36,344 nucleotides of DNA from an uncultured Bacteroides sp. (lineage in GTDB: Bacteria; Bacteroidota; Bacteroidia; Bacteroidales; Muribaculaceae). Position 1 is the first letter of the stretch. Each line of letters opens with the position of its first letter. Positions 10,246 to 18,880 of this stretch are shown here, piece after piece. The stretch lies in assembly GCA_964477785.1 (NCBI GenBank), contig CAYZFL010000001.1, positions 1 to 36,344 on the forward strand, read 5' to 3'. The notes below the pieces were generated by a model. That model did no database searches. It saw only the letters and a program-made list of their open reading frames with translations, and was not told the origin of the DNA. Position numbers and translations under genes: made by a program.

Positions 10246-10893
10246 TTATTCGGCGGCAGCCTGCTGACCGCGTGCAGCACGGGTGAGCTGAACGGCGCAG
10301 ACAACGGCGTTCTTGGCATTGACCAGCTCGAGACCTTCGAAGTGGAGGTCGCCAACTGCGAGTGACTTGCCGAGACCGAGGTTGTCGACGTTGATCACGA
10401 GACGCTCGGGGATGTTGGTGTAGATGGCTTTAACCTTGAGCTTCTTCATGCTGAGGTTGAGCTTACCACCGGCCTTGACGCCTTCTGAGTGACCTTCGAT
10501 CTTAACGGGTACCTCAACAACAACGGGCTTCTTGTCGCTTACTTCGAGGAAGTCGAGGTGAAGCACGGTGTCTTTTACCGGCTGGAACTGAATCTCACGG
10601 AGCACAGCATTGTGCTTTTCGCCGTTGAAGTCGAGCTCTACAGTAAAGATATCGGGAGTGTAGATGAGTTTGCGGATGTCTTCGTTAGAAACCATAAGGT
10701 CAGTTGTGATAAGACCTTTGCCGTTGCCGATTTCCACGATTTTCTGACCGGGCTTGAGAGTACCGGCGAAAGGAAGTTCAACGATTGTGTCACCGTTAAG
10801 AACTACAGGCACCATGCCTTCTTTGCGAATGAGTTTGGTAGCTTTTTTACCGAGGTCGGTACGGGGTTCTGCTTTAAGTTTGTAAATGTCCAT
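10246..10893 (-). CDS. rplY: 50S ribosomal protein L25 / general stress protein Ctc
   Basis: IQFQPVKDTVLHLDF, VPVKIEG.SEGVKAGG, IPERLVINV; directly upstream of pth. Confidence 0.95.
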   Translation of the reverse strand: MDIYKLKAEPRTDLGKKATKLIRKEGMVPVVLNGDTIVELPFAGTLKPGQKIVEIGNGKGLITTDLMVSNEDIRKLIYTPDIFTVELDFNGEKHNAVLREIQFQPVKDTVLHLDFLEVSDKKPVVVEVPVKIEGHSEGVKAGGKLNLSMKKLKVKAIYTNIPERLVINVDNLGLGKSLAVGDLHFEGLELVNAKNAVVCAVQLTRAARGQQAAAE

Positions 10894-10986
10894 TGCTTTG
10901 TTTAATTGTTTGTGTTACTCAAAATTAAGTTAATGCTAAAATTTGCTCCTTAATTTCCCATCACACGGGGATGCTAAAAAGCGTCG

Positions 10987-11017
10987 CAAAGTTACAAATT
11001 TTGTTTTGTCCGGCAAA
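10987..11017 (-). promoter_or_regulatory. Sigma-A promoter for the rplY operon
   Basis: Minus strand TTTG (11017-11014), 19-nt spacer, TAACTTTG (10994-10987): full Bacteroidetes consensus. Confidence 0.8.
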
Positions 11018-11182
11018 ATTTCAGAGCATTAAATATTTACGGTAACGAAATAATCAGTAGAATTTCGCCAGATTTGCGGCTTATGCAACATTATTTTATC
11101 TCCGGCGAGTTTTTCATGCCCAATTTTGCCGGAAAGTTTGTAAATTTGAGGGGGAATTATCTCCGCACGAAATTTTGCCGGA
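11009..11182. repeat. 14-bp perfect inverted repeat (TCCGGCAAAATTTC / GAAATTTTGCCGGA) with further motif copies between the arms
   Basis: Arms at 11009-11022 and 11169-11182; a 12-bp copy AATTTTGCCGGA at 11122-11133; related TTATCTCCGGC at 11096-11106. Confidence 0.8.
11141..11148 (+). promoter_or_regulatory. Candidate -7 promoter element for polA
   Basis: TAAATTTG; the nearest upstream TTTG with a plausible spacer is only 12 nt away, which is non-canonical. Confidence 0.5.
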
Positions 11183-11290
11183 GATAATTTATCCCTAAAA
11201 TGAACTTAAGGCCCCTTATGGCCTTTATAGTTTTAACAGACATAAAACGCAGGGCGCTCCAAACGCCCTATTATCCAACGATTTGAAAAA

Positions 11291-14116
11291 ATGGAAGAAA
11301 AACGCCTTTTCCTTCTGGATGCATACGCCCTGATTTACCGCGCTTATTACGCTCTCATCCGCTCTCCCCGAATGAGTTCCAAGGGCTTCAACACATCGGC
11401 AATTTTCGGTTTCTGCAACACACTCGACGAGGTGCTTCGCAAAGAAAATCCCGATTACATAGCGGTATGTTTCGACCCTCCCGGCGGCCATACCTTCAGA
11501 CATGAGATTTATCCCGAATACAAGGCCCAGCGCGACCGTCAGCCCGAGGACATCACGCTTTCCATACCCTATATAAAAGCCATACTTGACGCTTACCGCA
11601 TAAAAGTGATTGAAATGCCCGGCGTCGAGGCCGACGATGTAATAGGCTCTCTCAGCCGCATGGCCGAGAAGGAAGGCTTCACCACCTTCATGATGACCCC
11701 AGACAAGGATTACGGTCAGCTCGTAACCGACAAGGTGTTTATGTACCGTCCTTCGCTTCGCGGTCAGGACTTCGAGATAAGAGGCCCGCAGGAAGTATGC
11801 AACCGTTACGGCATATCAAGCGCTAACCAGGTTATCGATCTGCTTGCACTCGAGGGAGACGTCAGCGACAATATTCCCGGCTGTCCCGGCGTAGGAGAAA
11901 AGACAGCACAGAAACTCATCGCAGAATTCGGTTCGGTTGAAAACCTGCTCGATTCCGTTGACAAACTCAAAGGTGCACAGAAAGCAAAAATCACGGAGAA
12001 CGCCGACAAGATAAGGCTCTCGAAATATCTGGTGACAATCAAGACCGACCTCGACCTGGGTATAGATCCTGAGGAACTGAAACGTCAGGAACCTGATGTG
12101 GAAAAACTCGCATCGATATTCGGGGAACTTGAGTTCAAGACATTCCTAAACCGCCTCGGAGCCAAAGCGCCCCTCGGCAAAACAACCGCCGCGAAAAAGC
12201 AGACGCTGCTGACAAATCAGTCCGAGGCAGGCGTGCTGCCCTTCGGCTTCGACGATGATGAGGTTGGCGAGACTTCTGCCGACCCGCAGACCGAAAATGC
12301 GACAGTACCAGAGACGGCTCCTCTTGAGATAAATATTGTGGAATTATCCACACCGGAGGAAGTCTCCGGCTTTATCAACTCAGCTTCTGAGACTGCCGGT
12401 CGTGACGGATCGCTCGGAATTTCCCTTCACGCCAGCGGCGACGAAGCAATGACAGCCGAGTTAAGAGGCATAGCCATTACAGGCGCCCAAGGCAAATGCG
12501 GATATGTCAGGCTCGATGAAATCGGAATCCGCGACGAGGAGATTAAAGTGAAGCTCGAGCCACTCTTCAACAATCCATCCATCACTCTCGTCTGTCACGA
12601 TGTGAAACGTGCGATGATACTCATGCGCCGCAAGGGCATAGATTTCACTTCAAAATATTTTGATACTTCCATCGCCCACTACCTGCTTTCGCCCGAGAGC
12701 AGCCACGACTTCAGCACCATTTCAAGCAACCTCTTGGGCTACAAGACTCTCGACTACAACATCTCGGGCAACGAGAAGAAAAAACGGCTCGCGTTCGAGA
12801 ACGAGAACTACATACCGCTTCACTGCGAAGTGGCCGTAATAGTCCAGCGGCTTTCGTCGATTCTCACGGAAAAACTCAAAGAAAAAGAACTTTACGAGCT
12901 ATTCAACGATCTCGAGCAACCTCTTATCCCCGTGCTTGCCGATATGGAATATACCGGTGTCATCATCGATACCCGTCAGCTCGCAGTGCTTTCCACTAAG
13001 CTGACGGCGAGGCTCCATAGACTTGAGGATGAGGCATTTGAAATTGCCGGACAAAAATTCAACATCGGCTCTCCCATGCAGGTGGGCGAAATATTGTTTG
13101 AGAAGCTGAAAATAGACGACAAGGCCAAAAAGACAAAGAAGGGTTCATGGTCTACCACCGAAGAGATTCTTGAAAAATATGCCCGCGAACATCGTATCGT
13201 GGCGCTGATTCTTGAAATACGCGGACTCAAGAAACTTCTCGCTACTTATATCGACGCACTTCCCAAACTTGTCAACCCCTCGACCGGAAGGATCCATACC
13301 ACTTACAATCAGACGATTACCGCAACCGGCCGAATTTCTTCCACAAATCCCAACCTCCAAAACATACCCATCCGCACCGAAGACGGTCGTGAGATACGCA
13401 AGGCTTTCATACCCTCGAAAGGCAATGTGATGGTCGACGCCGACTACTCCCAGATCGAGCTCAGGCTCATGGCCGATCTCAGCGGCGACAGAGACATGAT
13501 AGAGGCATTCAACTCAGGCGAGGACATCCACCGCAGTACGGCGGCCAAAATCTATCACGAGTCACTCGACGAGGTTACGGACAATCAGCGGCGCAACGCC
13601 AAGACCGCCAACTTCGGCATCATCTACGGCATCTCGGCTTTCGGTCTATCCGAGAGGCTGGGAATACCCCGCTCAGAGGCCAAGGAACTGATAGAAAATT
13701 ATTTCAAAACTTATCCCGGCGTCAAGGATTACATGGCAAACTCCATCGAAAAGGCACGTGCACAGAAATATGTAAGTACCATCATGGGCCGCCGCCGCTA
13801 TCTGCCGGAGATTGATTCGGCAAACGCGGTCGTAAGAGGCTATGCCGAGCGGAATGCCATCAACGCCCCGCTTCAGGGCTCGGCTGCCGATATCATCAAG
13901 AAAGCCATGATTGATATTTTCAATGAGTTTAACCGCCTGGGCCTCAAGTCAAAAATGATAATGCAAGTGCATGATGAACTCATCTTTGACGTTGAGCCCG
14001 ATGAGCTCGGCATCGTGCAGGAAACCGTCGAAAAACTCATGGCAGGCGCTTATCACGGCCGCGTAGCCCTTGAAACCGGCATGGGCAGCGGAGCCGACTG
14101 GTTTGAGGCCCACTAA
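11291..14116 (+). CDS. polA: DNA polymerase I
   Basis: 5'-3' exonuclease (LLDAYALIYRAYY, EADDVIG, GDVSDNIPG) and family A polymerase motifs (DYSQIELR, KTANFGIIYG, QVHDEL). Confidence 0.98.
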   Translation: MEEKRLFLLDAYALIYRAYYALIRSPRMSSKGFNTSAIFGFCNTLDEVLRKENPDYIAVCFDPPGGHTFRHEIYPEYKAQRDRQPEDITLSIPYIKAILDAYRIKVIEMPGVEADDVIGSLSRMAEKEGFTTFMMTPDKDYGQLVTDKVFMYRPSLRGQDFEIRGPQEVCNRYGISSANQVIDLLALEGDVSDNIPGCPGVGEKTAQKLIAEFGSVENLLDSVDKLKGAQKAKITENADKIRLSKYLVTIKTDLDLGIDPEELKRQEPDVEKLASIFGELEFKTFLNRLGAKAPLGKTTAAKKQTLLTNQSEAGVLPFGFDDDEVGETSADPQTENATVPETAPLEINIVELSTPEEVSGFINSASETAGRDGSLGISLHASGDEAMTAELRGIAITGAQGKCGYVRLDEIGIRDEEIKVKLEPLFNNPSITLVCHDVKRAMILMRRKGIDFTSKYFDTSIAHYLLSPESSHDFSTISSNLLGYKTLDYNISGNEKKKRLAFENENYIPLHCEVAVIVQRLSSILTEKLKEKELYELFNDLEQPLIPVLADMEYTGVIIDTRQLAVLSTKLTARLHRLEDEAFEIAGQKFNIGSPMQVGEILFEKLKIDDKAKKTKKGSWSTTEEILEKYAREHRIVALILEIRGLKKLLATYIDALPKLVNPSTGRIHTTYNQTITATGRISSTNPNLQNIPIRTEDGREIRKAFIPSKGNVMVDADYSQIELRLMADLSGDRDMIEAFNSGEDIHRSTAAKIYHESLDEVTDNQRRNAKTANFGIIYGISAFGLSERLGIPRSEAKELIENYFKTYPGVKDYMANSIEKARAQKYVSTIMGRRRYLPEIDSANAVVRGYAERNAINAPLQGSAADIIKKAMIDIFNEFNRLGLKSKMIMQVHDELIFDVEPDELGIVQETVEKLMAGAYHGRVALETGMGSGADWFEAH

Positions 14117-14210
14117 GAAAATGAGTATATTTTGTTAAAACAACGGGGCTTCTTAAACTTTTTTTTACATTATTTGTCTTAACTATATAAATTAAAAAGA
14201 CAACACTACC

Positions 14211-14546
14211 TTGAAAGATAAGGAAAACATAAAACACTCACCGTCCGACCAGATAAGGAAAGAAACCGAAGCTGAAAAAGTCGGAGCAAAGCCTAAAGAT
14301 CACAAAGCAGTCTGGGCATGGATAGCCGGTATACTCGCCGCGCTTGCCTGGATAGCGCTGATGATCGAAGGCTATACCGCACTTGTGATAGGAGCCGCCT
14401 CTATTATATGCGGATTCATAGGACTCCGAGCCCGTAGTAAAGCACTCAAGAATCTTTCTACCGCAGCCATCGTGGCCTCGGCCGTGCTCCTGGTGCTCGT
14501 CTCCGCTTTTCTTATTGTAATCTATATTGGGCTGAGATCGATGTAA
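14211..14546 (+). CDS. Small hypothetical membrane protein (about 3 TM helices); TTG start uncertain
   Basis: Charged N-terminus followed by three hydrophobic segments; fills the gap between polA and trmD. Confidence 0.65.
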   Translation: MKDKENIKHSPSDQIRKETEAEKVGAKPKDHKAVWAWIAGILAALAWIALMIEGYTALVIGAASIICGFIGLRARSKALKNLSTAAIVASAVLLVLVSAFLIVIYIGLRSM

Positions 14547-14587
14547 TTTCAGATTAGAGCAACAAAGACTAATCAGAACAATTAAGT

Positions 14588-15262
14588 CTATTTGATTATA
14601 TCAGGCCGGAGCATCCGCGTGCGGAGTTCGGCCTGTTCCTGTTTCCATTTCTCAATATTGGCCTGATGCCCCGAAAGCAGCACGTCCGGCACTTTCCATC
14701 CTTTATAATCCGAGGGGCGTGTATATACCGGCGGCTCTAAAAGATTGTCCTGGAACGAATCGCTCAGGGCGCTCTGCTCGTCGCCTATCGCTCCCGGGAT
14801 AAGCCTTACAATAGCGTCGGTAATGACCGCGGCCGGCAGTTCGCCGCCGGTGAGCACATAGTCGCCGATAGTGATTTCCTTGGTGATGAGATGCTCGCGT
14901 ATGCGGTAGTCTATGCCTTTGTAATGGCCGCAGAGGATTATAATATTGTTGAGCAGCGACATCGAGTTGGCCATCTTCTGGTCGAATTTCTCGCCATCGG
15001 GCGCCGTGAATATCACCTCGTCGTAATCTCGCTGGGATTTAAGATGAGAGATGCAACGGTCGACCGGCTCAACCTGGATTACCATACCCGCGTCGCCTCC
15101 GAAGGGATAGTCGTCGACCTTGCGGTGCTTGTTGAGGGTATAGTCGCGGAGATTATGCACATTGATTTCAACAAGATTCTTGTCCATCGCACGCTTTATT
15201 ATTGAGCAGCCAAGCGGCGATTCAAGCATTTCGGGCAATACGGTGATTATGTCTATTCTCAT
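14588..15262 (-). CDS. trmD: tRNA (guanine37-N1)-methyltransferase TrmD
   Basis: [11 protein letters not shown] start at ATG 15262, [37 protein letters not shown]. The upstream extension in the ORF track overlaps the promoter. Confidence 0.97.
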   Translation of the reverse strand: MRIDIITVLPEMLESPLGCSIIKRAMDKNLVEINVHNLRDYTLNKHRKVDDYPFGGDAGMVIQVEPVDRCISHLKSQRDYDEVIFTAPDGEKFDQKMANSMSLLNNIIILCGHYKGIDYRIREHLITKEITIGDYVLTGGELPAAVITDAIVRLIPGAIGDEQSALSDSFQDNLLEPPVYTRPSDYKGWKVPDVLLSGHQANIEKWKQEQAELRTRMLRPDIIK

Positions 15263-15285
15263 CTTTGTTTCCTTTATTTTCTCTG

Positions 15286-15332
15286 CAAAGTTAAGCAATA
15301 ATTGCGTGGCAGGAAAAAATTTCCTATTTTTG
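15286..15332. promoter_or_regulatory. Back-to-back divergent promoters (trmD and the lipoprotein-SIMPL genes)
   Basis: CAAAGTTA 15286-15293 (TAACTTTG on the minus strand) and TATTTTTG 15325-15332 on the plus strand with ATTG 20 nt upstream. Confidence 0.6.
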
Positions 15333-15442
15333 CACATAGGCCGCTAAACGAAATGCCCCCAAAAGTACTCTAATAGAAAACAATATAGTTATTCTCCGCG
15401 TTATAAAGCCGACCAATATAAAGCCAAAGACAATTACCACGC

Positions 15443-15883
15443 ATGCAAAAACCTTATACCCGCAAGATTATCAGCATATTATCAGTTTTCGTCCTTATCA
15501 TACTCATGTTTATTCTTCCATCATGCGCCTCAGGCTATGACGCGGAGAAATGCAATGAACTCACATCAAAGATTCAGAACCACGAGACTCTTTCGCAGGG
15601 CGAGTATTCCGATATGCTCGAACAATACGACTATATCCTCACCTATCTCAAGGAGAGGATGGAGAAGGTTGCAGCCGAGCCAGATGAATTCAAACGTGCC
15701 GAGGCCTCCCGCGCACTTCAGGACGACAAAGATTATATGGAGCGCTTCACCTATATGATGACCATCGGCTCAGTGCTTTACCGCGCCGACGTCAACAGTC
15801 TCTTCGACACAGAGAACAAAGAGCGCTACGACCTGGTCAACGCCCGCGCCGATGAATTCGCCCGCCTCGCCGAGCAGATTTGA
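15443..15883 (+). CDS. Hypothetical lipoprotein, helical
   Basis: Basic N-region, hydrophobic core, lipobox LPSC; no family recognised. Confidence 0.75.
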   Translation: MQKPYTRKIISILSVFVLIILMFILPSCASGYDAEKCNELTSKIQNHETLSQGEYSDMLEQYDYILTYLKERMEKVAAEPDEFKRAEASRALQDDKDYMERFTYMMTIGSVLYRADVNSLFDTENKERYDLVNARADEFARLAEQI

Positions 15884-15936
15884 CTTCTTCTTTAGATTTA
15901 ACTAACTAATCCACATAACTTAAACTTAAATTTAAA

Positions 15937-16644
15937 ATGAACAAAGTATCAGGCTACATCCCCGCACTGCTCATTGCGGTTTCGATTTTTCTCCTTGGCC
16001 TGCTCCTCAAAATGGGCATAGATCATTTTTCAGACCGCGACAGGGTCGTAACCGTAAGAGGCCTCTGCGAGAAAGAAGTAATGGCCAATAAGGTAACCTG
16101 GCCTATCGTCACTAAAGAGATGGGCAACGAGCTGCCGGCAATCTATGACAAGATTACCACCACCAACCAGCAGATTCTCGACTTCCTCAAGAGCAACGGC
16201 ATCACCGATGCCGAAATCATGGTGAATCCACCTCAAGTGCAGGACCGCCTTGCCGACAGCTACGATCCCACCAACGTGAAATACCGCTATAACGTGACCA
16301 ATGTGATTGTGGTGACCTCAAACAAGGTCGAGGCCGTGCAGGCGCTTATCAAGAAGCAGACCGAACTTCTGCGTCAGGGCGTCGCTATCGTTGCCGGTGA
16401 TTATCAATATCAGACCACTTACGAGTATACCGACCTCAACAGCATCAAGCCCGGCATGATCGCAGAGGCTACCAAGAACGCCCGTGCCGCCGCCGACAAA
16501 TTCGCCGCCGACTCACATTCCGACCTTGGCAAAATAAAGACTGCTTCGCAGGGCCAGTTCTCAATCAACGACCGCGACCAGTACACACCCTCAATCAAAA
16601 CCGTCCGAGTCGTCACCACCGTCGAATACTACCTCAAAGACTGA
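15937..16644 (+). CDS. SIMPL domain (DUF541) protein
   Basis: N-terminal TM, VTVRGLCEKEV, IKPGMIAEATKNAR..A..FA, ASQGQFSI, VRVVTTVEY. Confidence 0.9.
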   Translation: MNKVSGYIPALLIAVSIFLLGLLLKMGIDHFSDRDRVVTVRGLCEKEVMANKVTWPIVTKEMGNELPAIYDKITTTNQQILDFLKSNGITDAEIMVNPPQVQDRLADSYDPTNVKYRYNVTNVIVVTSNKVEAVQALIKKQTELLRQGVAIVAGDYQYQTTYEYTDLNSIKPGMIAEATKNARAAADKFAADSHSDLGKIKTASQGQFSINDRDQYTPSIKTVRVVTTVEYYLKD

Positions 16645-16670
16645 TTATTTACCTACATAATAGAAGGAAC

Positions 16671-16704
16671 AAGGCTCGCCTGACATTTCACGGCGGGCCT
16701 TTTT
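16671..16704 (+). terminator. Intrinsic terminator after the SIMPL gene
   Basis: AAGGCTCGCC (16671-16680) pairs with GGCGGGCCTT (16692-16701) and is followed by a T tract; lies between convergent genes. Confidence 0.8.
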
Positions 16705-16756
16705 TATAAGTCATCTCAAAGCGATGGGTCTGTTTTCCGGCATTTGCACGCAATTG

Positions 16757-17770
16757 CTATAGCGTTGCGAATGTATTGAATTCCCTGATGGGTTTGCCGG
16801 AAGTGGTGAGAGGGAGGCTTTCCACTATTTTTATGATTTTGGGGAGGTAAAGCGAATCGAGAGCCTCGGAAAGGAGGTTCATCACCGATTCCTCTGTGAG
16901 CTCAAAAGTGCCGTCTTTCTGTATGTTCCCGGCAATATTACCTTCCCCACAGCGATCTTTTTCAATCACAAGCACGGGCCTTTCACCCCACTTTTTATCC
17001 GATGTCTTGGCCACATAATATTTACCTTGCAGGCCACAGTCGGCATATAGCTGTTCGAGATGGTCCATAAAAAGCTTCCTGCCTCCCGAATTGATAACAA
17101 GGTCGGCCCGGCCGAGCCATATAAAGTTTTTGCTGTCGAAAAGCTTCACTCGGTCGTTGGTAACAATCTTCCTGACTTCGCGTCGGGGCATATTGACGAT
17201 GAGACATCCTCGCGGGTCGACCGAAAAATTCACACCGTCCATGGCATGGTAAACGGCGTTGGAACCGAGCTTTCTGAGGGCGACATGGCTGCAGGTCTCC
17301 GTCATGCCATAGCCGATGAAAGCGTTGTAGCCGGCATCGACAAGTCGCCTTTCAAGGTCCGGGCTTACGGAAGCTCCGCCCAAAAGAATGTTGTGAATCA
17401 GTGCCGAACGGTTTTCTCCGAGGAGGAGGCTTTCGGCCTGAGCCGGCACAAGAGAGAGCAGACTGATTTCTCGGTCGATGTCTATGGCTGAACTTACCGG
17501 CAAGCAGTGAAGGGCGCAGCGGGCTTCGAGCGAGCGCACCACCATCATCTTGCCGGCTATATAGTCGACGCTCAGCGGGAGGCCGAGCACGCTGTCTTCA
17601 TTGATTCCGAAATAGCGGTTTGTGGCCATTGCCGAGGCTATCATGTCTCGCTTGGGCAGTCTTATGGCCTTGGGCGAGCCGGACGAGCCGGAGGTATGGG
17701 CGCATACGGAATCGCTCGAATTGTCATACCATTCCTGGAGAAACTCTATAATCTTAGCCGACTGTTGCAT
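16757..17770 (-). CDS. menE: O-succinylbenzoate-CoA ligase (short Bacteroidetes-type AMP-binding enzyme)
   Basis: TSGSSGSPK P-loop, YGMTET, GRAD, INSGG, TTSGK; follows menC. Confidence 0.88.
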   Translation of the reverse strand: MQQSAKIIEFLQEWYDNSSDSVCAHTSGSSGSPKAIRLPKRDMIASAMATNRYFGINEDSVLGLPLSVDYIAGKMMVVRSLEARCALHCLPVSSAIDIDREISLLSLVPAQAESLLLGENRSALIHNILLGGASVSPDLERRLVDAGYNAFIGYGMTETCSHVALRKLGSNAVYHAMDGVNFSVDPRGCLIVNMPRREVRKIVTNDRVKLFDSKNFIWLGRADLVINSGGRKLFMDHLEQLYADCGLQGKYYVAKTSDKKWGERPVLVIEKDRCGEGNIAGNIQKDGTFELTEESVMNLLSEALDSLYLPKIIKIVESLPLTTSGKPIREFNTFATL

Positions 17771-18809
17771 ATTTAAGGCTTGAAAGGTCCCACTGCTGAG
17801 AAGGGTCGTAGGAAAGACATGAGCCGCGGAGCCTTATCGGAGAGGGAATATTGTTGTGATACAAAAGGCCTGTACCGAGGCCATGTGGAAGAGGGTTTTG
17901 GTATTGGGCGGTCCATTGCGCTATGGCGTTCAGACCTATGTCTGACTCGAGGGCTGAAGTTGCCCACCAGCCTATGTTGCGTTGTTCCGCGAGGGAAACG
18001 AGTGCAGAAGCCGCCTCAAGGCCGCCGCAGAGAGCAGGTTTCAGTATGATATAACTGGGCCTGATGAGGTTGAGCATCCGCGCCGACTCCTCCGGAGTTC
18101 TCACACCTATCAGCTCCTCGTCGAGGGCAATGGCGATGGGCGACGACTCGCAGAGACGTGCCATTTCCTCCCATTGACCGGCCTTTATGGGCTGCTCGAT
18201 GGAGTGGATGCCGTAACGGCTGAGTGTCTGAAGCCTTTCAAGAGCGTTTTCAGGCGTGAAAGAACCGTTTGCGTCAAGTCTGAGTGTGAGATCTGCGAGG
18301 CTGTAACGTCGGCGGAGTTTATCGAGAAGGGCGCACTCGCTGGCGAAGTCGATGCCTCCGATTTTGATTTTGAGAAGGTCGAAACCGGCATCGAGTTTCT
18401 CATCGACGCGGCGCGACATCTCGTCGAAATCGCCCATCCAGATAAGGCCGTTGATGGGAATCGATGAACGGCCCCATGCCCAGTCGTTGTCGAAGGATCT
18501 GAAAATGCCGCCGTTGGCCAGGTCGCGAATGGCTGTCTCGAAAGCAAAGTTAACCGACGACATATCGCGGGGTATGCCTTTGCCCCGGTTGAAATCGGCG
18601 ATGATTTTTTCCAGCCTTTGAGGATAGTCGGGAGTGGCGTCAGATCCGAGGCCGGGAAAATAGTTGAACTCGCCGGTGCCGAACACTTCGGGCTCATCAT
18701 CCTTGAAGAGTTTGAGATACCACACGTCACGCCAGGTGAGCGCGTCACGCGAGGTGCGCGCCACAAAGCGAAAGTCAAGACGACGGTATGCTATCTGAGC
18801 CTTCAGCAT
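17754..18809 (-). CDS. menC: O-succinylbenzoate synthase (enolase superfamily)
   Basis: KIK motif, RLDANG, IEQP, LDEEL, ILKP; men cluster context. Confidence 0.9.
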   Translation of the reverse strand: MLKAQIAYRRLDFRFVARTSRDALTWRDVWYLKLFKDDEPEVFGTGEFNYFPGLGSDATPDYPQRLEKIIADFNRGKGIPRDMSSVNFAFETAIRDLANGGIFRSFDNDWAWGRSSIPINGLIWMGDFDEMSRRVDEKLDAGFDLLKIKIGGIDFASECALLDKLRRRYSLADLTLRLDANGSFTPENALERLQTLSRYGIHSIEQPIKAGQWEEMARLCESSPIAIALDEELIGVRTPEESARMLNLIRPSYIILKPALCGGLEAASALVSLAEQRNIGWWATSALESDIGLNAIAQWTAQYQNPLPHGLGTGLLYHNNIPSPIRLRGSCLSYDPSQQWDLSSLKYATVG

Positions 18810-18880
18810 CGGCAGGATTTTTGATTGTTCGGATTATTCAGATTAAATTTACGTTCAAATTATTAAAATTGCCTGAGGCC

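Noticed and set aside
15263-15337. N-terminal extension of TrmD in the ORF track
   Set aside because: It overlaps the -7 promoter box; the conserved start is MRIDI at 15262. The track's extensions of menB, the Omp85 gene and the DUF3868 gene were trimmed in the same way to the more plausible downstream ATG.
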